Below, in pieces: positions 35,892 to 44,011 of a DNA stretch of 64,000 nt. Both the position numbers and the translations under genes were made by a program. Every line of letters starts with the position of its first letter. Positions within the stretch are counted from its first letter, which is position 1. Location of the stretch: NCBI GenBank assembly GCA_965116495.1, contig OZ220696.1, positions 800,001 to 864,000 of the forward strand. Direction: 5' to 3'. This DNA is from Gammaproteobacteria bacterium. GTDB taxonomy: Bacteria; Pseudomonadota; Gammaproteobacteria; Eutrophobiales; Eutrophobiaceae. Below the pieces are notes generated by a model, which was given only the letters and a program-made list of their open reading frames with translations, was not told where the DNA came from and did no database searches.

Positions 35892-38159
35892 TTAAAAAGA
35901 GTAAGTCAGTGTCGCGCCGTAGATTCTCGGCGGTGCAAAGACCCTTTGCGCGTATCCGAGATCATGAAAAGTTGCCTGCCGGTACAGTGTTCTTTTATCA
36001 GAGATATTCCTCACATAGCCGCGCAGTTCCCAATTCTCGTTAATCCCCAGAATGACAAGTACGTTATGCTTGAACTCATCCGGGAGCAATGTTGCCGGTT
36101 CACCAAAGTTGGTTGAATAGCGCTCACCCAGGTAGCTCCAGTCCCATTGCACATCGAGGCTTAAATTTCCCTGCAGCGGCACACGGAAGTTTATGGCGCC
36201 GTTGGCGCTGACGGTTGGCGCCATTGCCATGTCGCGATCGGCGATATAGGTCGGGAAGGGCCCTTTTACGTCTTCCACGTCAGTTTCGAGCAGTCCTACT
36301 CCACCGCGCAGGCGAATGTTATCCGAGACCGCCATATCTACTTCCAGTTCCGCGCCATAGGTCGACGCATCGGTGTTCTCAACCAGTCCGCCGAAACTCA
36401 GGAAGTTAAACACCTGGAAATCGCTGTAGTCGTAATAGAAAAGCGATCCGTTTACGCGTAACCGCCCATCCAAGAATGACGCTTTCTCACCAATTTCATA
36501 AGCCACATTAGTTTCGGATTCATATGGAATAAGGCTGGTATCCGATGCTATCTGGGGTGAGTAGAAACCGTTATTGAAGCCACCTGCCTTGCTGCTGCTG
36601 GATATTGACGCAAATAACAATACGTCATCATTTACTTCGAAGTTGGCCCCGACCCGCCATGACAGGAGTGTTTCCTTGTAGCTGTCGCGGTACGGGTTTG
36701 CTATGCCGGGCCCGTCAGGCGGCGAAAAGCAGTTGGACGGAATGGGGAAACCGGGACAGGAGCGCAATGTTGCATTATCCCGCTCATGGAAATTCTTCTT
36801 GTCACGCCCGACGCGCAGCCCGCCAATCAGGGTCCAGCGATCGACGTTATATTCAAACTGTCCGAAGGCAGAATATGACTCGGTCGATTGTGTCCAGTCC
36901 CCGGCGAGGGCTATCGGAAAGAAAAAACCGTTGTACAGGCCGGTCGCAGGATCGGTCGCTGCCGGTCCGGCAAGCGGAATGTTGAAGGTTGCCGTCGGAA
37001 AGTTTTCTGCATCCTGGTACATGTAATACGCGCCAACGGTCCAGGTAAAATCTCCTTCCGTTTTTGCCGCACGCAGTTCTGTCGTTACCCAGTCGGATTC
37101 ATAAGGAAAATCTGCGAAGCAAAGGCGATTGGGACTGGCGTCACAATCTTCCACAAGCTCACGCTCCAGCTTGAGATAGCCGGTCAGGGAAGTGAATGTG
37201 ATATTACCCACGTCCTTTTCAATCCGTGCAAGCAGGCTCCAGCCATCCTGGTCAATATGTTGCGGTTCGCTCGTGAACGACTCGTTGCTCGAAGCTATGC
37301 CGAAATTTTGCGCGTTATAACCGGCGAAGTCGGTTCCGTCAGGGTCCACGATGCCGACACCGCTGACAGGATCACGGATTATCGGCACCGATCCGTAGTA
37401 CATATGCCGGTTTGAGGTGTCGGTGTACTCCCCCTTTATATTGATGCGCCAATCGTTTCCGGGCTCAAACAGAAGCTGTACCCGGCCGCCGTCGGTTCCG
37501 GCCTGTCCGCCGTTCCCCAGATCCGGGTCCAGGTTCTTGATGTAGCCTTTATTGTGATGGGATATGAACGAAACCCGGCCGGCCAGCTTGTCCGTTATGG
37601 CGCCGCCGATACCGCCTTCCGCTTTTATTTCATCAAAACGGCCGCCGCCCACTGAGATAAAACCCTGGGGTTCGAATGTCGGTTTGGCGGTGACATAATG
37701 TACCAGGCCCGCAGTGGCATTTCTACCGAACAGCGTGCCCTGCGGTCCACGCAGCACCTCCGCCCGATCAATATCGAACATGGAGAAATCAACGGCGGGT
37801 ATGGAGACGAGATAGAACTCATCCACGTACAAAGTCACGGGGGCTTCATGTCCTTCACCGAAGTCGTTCAAGCCGATTCCGCGCAGGATCACATTGCCGC
37901 TGCTGCCGGGGCCATAAGGCATGTAAAGCCCCAAATTCGGTACTTTTGTGGAAAGCTCGGTGGCCCTGGTCATGCCGTAGCCCTGCAGGTCAGAGCCAGA
38001 CAGGGCGGAAATTGAAATACCGACGTCCTGCAGGTTTTGTTCACGTTTCTGGGCGGTAACGACGACTTCCTCAAGTACCTGCGCCCAGCCGCTGCCACTG
38101 GCGGCCAGCAGTGCCGCTATCCCCAGATTCAACAGGCTTTTTGTGTTTGCTCGCTTCAT
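35892..38159 (-). CDS. TonB-dependent receptor
   Basis: Signal peptide, LEEVVVTAQKRE, EVLRGPQGTLFGRN, C-terminal YSF. Confidence 0.95.
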   Translation of the reverse strand: MKRANTKSLLNLGIAALLAASGSGWAQVLEEVVVTAQKREQNLQDVGISISALSGSDLQGYGMTRATELSTKVPNLGLYMPYGPGSSGNVILRGIGLNDFGEGHEAPVTLYVDEFYLVSIPAVDFSMFDIDRAEVLRGPQGTLFGRNATAGLVHYVTAKPTFEPQGFISVGGGRFDEIKAEGGIGGAITDKLAGRVSFISHHNKGYIKNLDPDLGNGGQAGTDGGRVQLLFEPGNDWRINIKGEYTDTSNRHMYYGSVPIIRDPVSGVGIVDPDGTDFAGYNAQNFGIASSNESFTSEPQHIDQDGWSLLARIEKDVGNITFTSLTGYLKLERELVEDCDASPNRLCFADFPYESDWVTTELRAAKTEGDFTWTVGAYYMYQDAENFPTATFNIPLAGPAATDPATGLYNGFFFPIALAGDWTQSTESYSAFGQFEYNVDRWTLIGGLRVGRDKKNFHERDNATLRSCPGFPIPSNCFSPPDGPGIANPYRDSYKETLLSWRVGANFEVNDDVLLFASISSSSKAGGFNNGFYSPQIASDTSLIPYESETNVAYEIGEKASFLDGRLRVNGSLFYYDYSDFQVFNFLSFGGLVENTDASTYGAELEVDMAVSDNIRLRGGVGLLETDVEDVKGPFPTYIADRDMAMAPTVSANGAINFRVPLQGNLSLDVQWDWSYLGERYSTNFGEPATLLPDEFKHNVLVILGINENWELRGYVRNISDKRTLYRQATFHDLGYAQRVFAPPRIYGATLTYSF

Positions 38160-38343
38160 CGATTGCCCCCCCTATTAATCAAGACGAATTCGTCCTCACG
38201 TCTCCTATATTAAAACAACATTATGGACAACGTGATATTTTTTATTTTAATACACCTGTATTTAAATAATTTATAATGACGGAGATAGAATGGATTCGTA
38301 CATTCCCTGACAGCACAATTGTATTGCAAGGCGGAACTGAACT

Positions 38344-39414
38344 ATGACATCAGCAACGAAACGCCCCGGTCCCCGGTTCGGGGTCTGGGCGGTCGTCTAC
38401 GGTACGTCGGCATCACTCCAGCATCCTGAAGATCCCGTAGACGCATCGTGGATACGCAACCGGGACTTGGTGCTTGAGGCGGAGGCGCTCGGGATAGACT
38501 CCGTGCTTGTGGCGCAGCACATCGTCAATCCCTTCGGAGACGAATTCAACCAGCTTGAAACGCTGACTGCTTGCGGCGCTCTTGCTGCACTGACGGAAAG
38601 AATCGAGATCATCGCGGCTATCAAGCCGTACCTGTTCCACCCGGCTGTATTCGCGAAGATGGCGTTGCAAATTGAAGAGATCAGCCAGGGGCGTTTTTCA
38701 CTCAATTTTGTCAATGCGTGGTTTCGCCCTGAGTTCGAGAAAGCGGGAATTCCTTTTCCCCCGCACGATGAGCGCTATGTCTACGGCGGCGAATGGCTGC
38801 GCGTCGTCAAGAAGCTCATATCGGGCGAACGGCTGACCATCGACGGCGACAACTTCAAGCTGGACGGCTACCAGTTTAAACCTGCCTCAAAGTGGCGGCC
38901 GCGTCCCTTGCTTTACTCGGGCGGCGAATCCGAGGCGGCGCTCAATCTCACCGTCGAGTTGTGCGACACCTGGTTCATGTTCGGGCAACCGCTGGAAAAT
39001 ATCGCCGGCAAGATCACCGCCATGCGCAAACGCCCGCGCAGCGGTACACCACTCAGCTATGGTGTGTCTGCGTTTCCTTTCGCGCGCCCGACGCAGTCCG
39101 AGGCAGAGGAGGCGCTCGCTTATGCCTTCGAATTGCGTGAAAAGGACAAGGAAGTCTACGAGGCCCTGCACCGGAATGCCGACCCGGAAGTCGTAACCTC
39201 AAAAGTCATGGCCAAGGTGCCGGGCGTCGGCGTCGGTAATGGCACCGGTTGTGGATTCACCGGTTCCTACGATGAAGTTGCAAGGCGCATTGCCGCGTTT
39301 CATGATGCCGGCATTGAAATAATACTGCTCGAATTCCAGCCGTTTGAGCGGGAAATGCGGCGTTTTGCAGAAGAAGTCATGCCGCGGGTGGCAAGACTCT
39401 GCTCCCTGAAGTGA
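38344..39414 (+). CDS. Luciferase-like monooxygenase (SsuD/SfnG-like)
   Basis: IEIIAAIKP, HPAVFAKM, GRFSLN, HDERY, YSGGES. Confidence 0.88.
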   Translation: MTSATKRPGPRFGVWAVVYGTSASLQHPEDPVDASWIRNRDLVLEAEALGIDSVLVAQHIVNPFGDEFNQLETLTACGALAALTERIEIIAAIKPYLFHPAVFAKMALQIEEISQGRFSLNFVNAWFRPEFEKAGIPFPPHDERYVYGGEWLRVVKKLISGERLTIDGDNFKLDGYQFKPASKWRPRPLLYSGGESEAALNLTVELCDTWFMFGQPLENIAGKITAMRKRPRSGTPLSYGVSAFPFARPTQSEAEEALAYAFELREKDKEVYEALHRNADPEVVTSKVMAKVPGVGVGNGTGCGFTGSYDEVARRIAAFHDAGIEIILLEFQPFEREMRRFAEEVMPRVARLCSLK

Positions 39415-39454
39415 CGCTATAATGGCGTGAATCATAACCAGTTTAACCCGGCTG

Positions 39455-40276
39455 ATGCATGTTGCCCGCGTAAAGCTTGATTCAGGCGTTTCCATCTCTT
39501 ACAGGGAGGCGGGTCAAGACAATCCTGTCACCATCGTCCAGGTCCATGGCCTGGGGACCGGACACAATAATTTCGATCTGTTGACTCCGCACCTGTCCAA
39601 ACGCCTGCACACTTACGATATCGACCTGCCCGGATATGGCGATTCCGAATGCGGACCGGGCGAGCGCGGCATCACTTATTTTGCCGACAGCGTCGCACAA
39701 TTCATAGAAACACTTGAACTGGCGCCCGTCCACGTGCATGGAACGTCGATGGGCGGGTGTGTGGCAATGGTGCTTGCCGGAAAACGGCCGGAACTCATCG
39801 ACAGGCTGGTAATCAGTTGTTCTTTCGCGAAATTTGACCGGGCAAGCCATGTTATCTTCAAAACATGGCGTATGGCCGCTGCCGCCGGTGTTGAAGCGCT
39901 GGCCCTGATCACCAGCCACCAGGGTTTTTCACGGGGCTTCTGGGACAGGCCTGAGAGCGACAATACGGTGGATGCATTTGTCTATGCGCTGCGCGGCATG
40001 ACCCCCCTGGAGTTTCTCCGTGATCTCACATTGATAGAAAACCTGGATATCAGCGCCGATGCCGCAAGTATTCGTGCGCCGACACTCCTTCTCGGTACCG
40101 ATGAAGATATCATGACGCCGATGCAATCGTCCCCGAGCGGACTCGGTATGACGGACCTACACAAGCTGATACCTGATTCGAAACTGGACATGCTGGAAAA
40201 CTGCGGTCACTTTATCTCAATCGAGCGCCCCGCCGAGACGGCACGGGCCATTGCCGATTTCCTGCTCAGCGCGTAA
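39455..40276 (+). CDS. Alpha/beta hydrolase, paralog of 25755-26594
   Basis: QVHGLGTGHNNFDLLTP, GTSMGG, DEDIM, CGH. Confidence 0.9.
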   Translation: MHVARVKLDSGVSISYREAGQDNPVTIVQVHGLGTGHNNFDLLTPHLSKRLHTYDIDLPGYGDSECGPGERGITYFADSVAQFIETLELAPVHVHGTSMGGCVAMVLAGKRPELIDRLVISCSFAKFDRASHVIFKTWRMAAAAGVEALALITSHQGFSRGFWDRPESDNTVDAFVYALRGMTPLEFLRDLTLIENLDISADAASIRAPTLLLGTDEDIMTPMQSSPSGLGMTDLHKLIPDSKLDMLENCGHFISIERPAETARAIADFLLSA

Positions 40277-40401
40277 TGACGCGCCGTTCCATAATGAACC
40301 GACTGATTATTGTGGCGCATTCTGACAGAAATGATAGAGTCAGGATGATCTCCGCAAGAGAAATGACCCGAACGGAGAGGAAAGATTATGAAGAAATCTG
40401 A
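40276..40401 (+). pseudogene. 5'-truncated BrnT-family toxin
   Basis: Manual translation ...NRLIIVAHSDRNDRVRMISAREMTRTERKDYEEI* is the C-terminal half of BrnT (R.ISAR..T..ER..YE); overlaps the antitoxin start. Confidence 0.75.
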
Positions 40402-40591
40402 TGAATTGAAACCGGAATATGATTTAAGACGCCTGGGACAAGGAGTTCGTGGAAAGTATTGTGATGAGTACCAAAAAGGGACCAACATAGTCGTCATTGA
40501 TCCTGATCTCACAGAAACGTTCCCCAACACCCGGGCGGTTAACGATGCACTGCGAAAATTACTCCAAAGCAGCGAACGATCGACAATCTAA
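40388..40591 (+). CDS. BrnA-like antitoxin
   Basis: ELKPEYD, GVRGKY, IDPDL...FP...AVNDALR. Confidence 0.8.
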   Translation: MKKSDELKPEYDLRRLGQGVRGKYCDEYQKGTNIVVIDPDLTETFPNTRAVNDALRKLLQSSERSTI

Positions 40592-40696
40592 CACCCATAG
40601 ACCCTGACGAATCTATTAAAAAGCAAACGACTTTGCGGAATGATAAGTATCTATCCATGATTTCCACCAGCGCCAAACAGGTTGCTTGAATCGCTT

Positions 40697-41950
40697 ATGA
40701 GACAATACGTTCCTTTATTTTCATGGCTCTTTCCCGTCCTCCTGCTGCTGTTCGGCTGTGAGGCGGAACAAGCTGTTCCTGCAACCGGGGAAGCAGTATC
40801 AGATCCATCAGCACCAGCAGATAGCTTTGTTGACGTAAGCAAGGAACCGCTGGCAAATGACCTGTTCGGTAAGGTTGCAACGATACCGGAAACACCACAT
40901 CCGCATTGGGTCTGGATTGCCGATATGGCGGCAAGCTCAATGCCGGACGGGCGCGCCTACCTGTATGATGGGGACACGGCCAGGGTATTGGGTATGCTGA
41001 ATACCGGTTATTCATTTAATGCTTTGAACATACCGGGCCACTACCGGGAAGTCTATTCTGCTGAAACCTACTATGCCAGGACGACGCGCGGCAAACGGAG
41101 CGACGTCGTCAGTATTTACGACCCTTTCAAGTTTGTGCCGGTAGCTGAAATAGAGATTCCTGCAAAACGCGCATCCACATTACCAAGACTGGCGGACTCA
41201 GCGCTGACTGACGATAACCGGTTCATGGCCGTTTTCAACCTGACACCGGCAACCTCTCTGAGTATCGTGGACCTGGAGCAGCGCCGTTTTGCCGGGGAAG
41301 TCATGACGCCCGGTTGCGCGATGGCTTATGCGGCGGGAGACAGGCGCTTTTTTGCGCTGTGCAGCGACGGAGCGCTGCTGCTGATCGACCTTACCGACGA
41401 AGGTACGCAAGCCACGGCCCAAAGAAGCAAGCGTTTTTTTGACCCACTCGAGGATCCAATCCTGGAGACCGGCGTGCGCCACGGCGATACCTGGTATTTC
41501 ATGTCGGTACTGGGAAAGGTTCATCCTGTTGAAATTTCCGCAGACGGGCCGGTTTTTTCCGCTACCTGGTGGTACCTCGACGAGCAGGACAGAGAAGCAA
41601 ACTGGCGCATAGGCGGCATGCAGCCTGTCGCCCTGCACAGCACCAGGCAACACCTCTACATATTGATGCACCAGGGTGATTTTTATACCTACGAATTTCC
41701 AGGGCCGGAAATCTGGATCTATGATATGGCAACCCGGACCCGGATAAACAAAATCAAGACCAGGCACTCCAGCATCTCTATAGACGTGAGCCAGGATGAC
41801 AACCCGTTGCTATACACCATAACCGAGGATTTGAGCAGCCTGGATATCTATGATGCAACCTCCGGTGAATACCTGCGTTCAGCCGATGAACTTGGTGTTA
41901 CGCCATTTTTGATTCAGCCGCTGCCGTTGCTGCACACAGGGCTGGACTGA
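40697..41950 (+). CDS. TTQ amine dehydrogenase heavy (beta-propeller) subunit, MauB/AauB-like
   Basis: YSAETYYARTTRGKRSDVV, FNLTPATS, PGC, WRIGGMQ, LMHQG; signal peptide ending LLLFGC. Confidence 0.88.
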   Translation: MRQYVPLFSWLFPVLLLLFGCEAEQAVPATGEAVSDPSAPADSFVDVSKEPLANDLFGKVATIPETPHPHWVWIADMAASSMPDGRAYLYDGDTARVLGMLNTGYSFNALNIPGHYREVYSAETYYARTTRGKRSDVVSIYDPFKFVPVAEIEIPAKRASTLPRLADSALTDDNRFMAVFNLTPATSLSIVDLEQRRFAGEVMTPGCAMAYAAGDRRFFALCSDGALLLIDLTDEGTQATAQRSKRFFDPLEDPILETGVRHGDTWYFMSVLGKVHPVEISADGPVFSATWWYLDEQDREANWRIGGMQPVALHSTRQHLYILMHQGDFYTYEFPGPEIWIYDMATRTRINKIKTRHSSISIDVSQDDNPLLYTITEDLSSLDIYDATSGEYLRSADELGVTPFLIQPLPLLHTGLD

Positions 41951-41994
41951 TTCCATGACGGCAAATCAGCGGGCAACAATAATGAGGAGTAATA

Positions 41995-42513
41995 ATGAAG
42001 CTTTTTGATCGCTGGTTTCAACAAAAAACCCGCTCCCTGGCGCGCCATACCTCACGCCGGAGCTTTTTAAAGAAAGCCGGGACAGTCCTGGTCGGCGCAG
42101 GGGCAATACCCTTACTGCCCGTTGCAAGGGCGGATACGGCCCCGGATGAAGGTTCCATATCAGGGCCCGAAGGCGATCCGGGGAAATGCGAATACTGGCG
42201 CAACTGCGGTATGGACGGTTTCCTGTGTACCTGTTGCGGCGGCAGTCATACCAGTTGCCCTCCGGGGACCGAAATGGCGCCGATGACCTGGGTAGGCACT
42301 TGCAAAAACCCTGGAGACGGGCGTGATTACATCATTGCCTACAATGACTGCTGCGGCAAGAGTACCTGCAACCGTTGCATGTGCAACCGTAACGAAGGCG
42401 ACCTGCCAAATTATTTTCCGGCCAAGAGCAATGATATCAACTGGTGCATGGGCTCAAGCAATAATGTCTACCATTGCACGACCACCATCCTGCTGGGCCT
42501 GGCGGTCGAGTAG
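41995..42513 (+). CDS. TTQ amine dehydrogenase light subunit, MauA/AauA-like
   Basis: Tat motif SRRSFLK; Cys-rich CEYWRNC...TWVGTC...YNDCCG...NDINWC with both TTQ tryptophans. Confidence 0.93.
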   Translation: MKLFDRWFQQKTRSLARHTSRRSFLKKAGTVLVGAGAIPLLPVARADTAPDEGSISGPEGDPGKCEYWRNCGMDGFLCTCCGGSHTSCPPGTEMAPMTWVGTCKNPGDGRDYIIAYNDCCGKSTCNRCMCNRNEGDLPNYFPAKSNDINWCMGSSNNVYHCTTTILLGLAVE

Positions 42514-42533
42514 CCCGGTTGCATGCTTCTCCC

Positions 42534-43856
42534 ATGGGTGCAAATATCAGTAACCAGGAGATCGCCTCACTGGTGGAGCCTGCACGGGTACATAAGCGTG
42601 TTTATACGGACCCGACCATTTTTGAACTGGAAATGGAACGCATCTGGGGCAGTGCCTGGGTCTATATCGGACATGAAAGCCAGGTAAAGTCCCCCGGAGA
42701 TTACTTCACCACAACACTCGGCAAGCAACCGATCATCGTCACCCGGCACGATGATCACCAGGTACACGTCCTGTATAACCGTTGCGCCCATAAAGGCGCA
42801 CAACTGGCTATCGAAGCATGCGGCCACGCGCAACAATTGCGCTGCGCCTATCATGGTTACGTGTTCGATACCGCCGGTAACCTGGTACATATTCCCAAGC
42901 CGGAAGGATATAAAGGCTCGGTATTTACCCGTGACAGCCACCTGACCAATATACGCAAGGTCGCCAGAGTCGAGATATATCGCGGTTTTATTTTTGCCAA
43001 CCAGTCGCACCAGGGACCGGACCTGAAGAGCTGGCTTGGTGCAGCCATTACCTCGTTTGATAACGCCGTGGACAGGTCACCTACGGGTGAGATTGAAATG
43101 ACCGGTGGCGTGTTGCGCTATATGCACGATGCCAACTGGAAAATTCTGCTGGAAAACGTATCAGACAACCTGCACCCGGCCGTTACTCACCAATCCGCCT
43201 GGCAGCCGGCAAAACAAATGGCCCGGCAATATCCGGAAAATGAAAAACCCCTGCCTCTGGCTATGCTGGAACCGTTCGGTTCCAGCTATGAATTTTTCGA
43301 TTCCATAGCCATGACGACCTGCGGCAACGGCCATACCTGGTCCGGAGGCAATGCTACGATACATATCGGTTATCCGCGTGAATCAAAGTACGTGCAGGAT
43401 ATGGTCGCAGCTTACGGTGAGGAGGAAACCAACCGGATCCTGGCCATGCAACGGCAGAACACGATCATCTACCCGAGTATCGCCTTCAAGAGCGCGTTGC
43501 AGACGATTCGGGTTTACCGCCCCATCGCCGTGGACAAGACTATCCAGGAAACCTGGACATTCAAACTCGGTGGCGTATCGGATGACATGCTGCATACCTC
43601 GGTACTCTATAACCAGTTGATCTTCTCCCCGTTTTCCATAGCGGGCCACGATGATTACGAAGCCTACCACCGTATTCAACACGGCCTGCAGACGGAGGCA
43701 TCCGAGTGGGTTAGCCAGCACCGTCACTACGGCCGTGACCAGGCCAACCAGGACGGTACCACCCAGGCATTGGGGACCAGCGATATCGTGTTCCGGCACG
43801 AGTTCGAAGCCTGGAAGAATTACATGACTGATTCATCCGCAGATGACGCAGATTAA
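42534..43856 (+). CDS. Rieske oxygenase alpha subunit, paralog of 14584-15906
   Basis: CAHKG...CAYHG, DNLHPAVTH, HDDYEAYHR; start moved to ATG 42534. Confidence 0.92.
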   Translation: MGANISNQEIASLVEPARVHKRVYTDPTIFELEMERIWGSAWVYIGHESQVKSPGDYFTTTLGKQPIIVTRHDDHQVHVLYNRCAHKGAQLAIEACGHAQQLRCAYHGYVFDTAGNLVHIPKPEGYKGSVFTRDSHLTNIRKVARVEIYRGFIFANQSHQGPDLKSWLGAAITSFDNAVDRSPTGEIEMTGGVLRYMHDANWKILLENVSDNLHPAVTHQSAWQPAKQMARQYPENEKPLPLAMLEPFGSSYEFFDSIAMTTCGNGHTWSGGNATIHIGYPRESKYVQDMVAAYGEEETNRILAMQRQNTIIYPSIAFKSALQTIRVYRPIAVDKTIQETWTFKLGGVSDDMLHTSVLYNQLIFSPFSIAGHDDYEAYHRIQHGLQTEASEWVSQHRHYGRDQANQDGTTQALGTSDIVFRHEFEAWKNYMTDSSADDAD

Positions 43857-43979
43857 CGCAGATAAAAAGACAGTTTTCTGGTCGTAGAGCGGGCAAAATA
43901 CTTCCCGGAATATTGGATTGGAGCCTCCGTACTCAATGAAACAAAATATAATCTGCGCTGATCTGCGCCATCTGCGGAT
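43835..43979. repeat. Facing (CGCAGAT)x3 arrays forming a 29-bp inverted repeat (26/29)
   Basis: ATCCGCAGATGACGCAGATTAACGCAGAT at 43835-43863; ATCTGCGCTGATCTGCGCCATCTGCGGAT at 43951-43979. Confidence 0.88.
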
Positions 43980-44011
43980 AAATATTTGGATAACCTGCGG
44001 ACAAAAATAGC

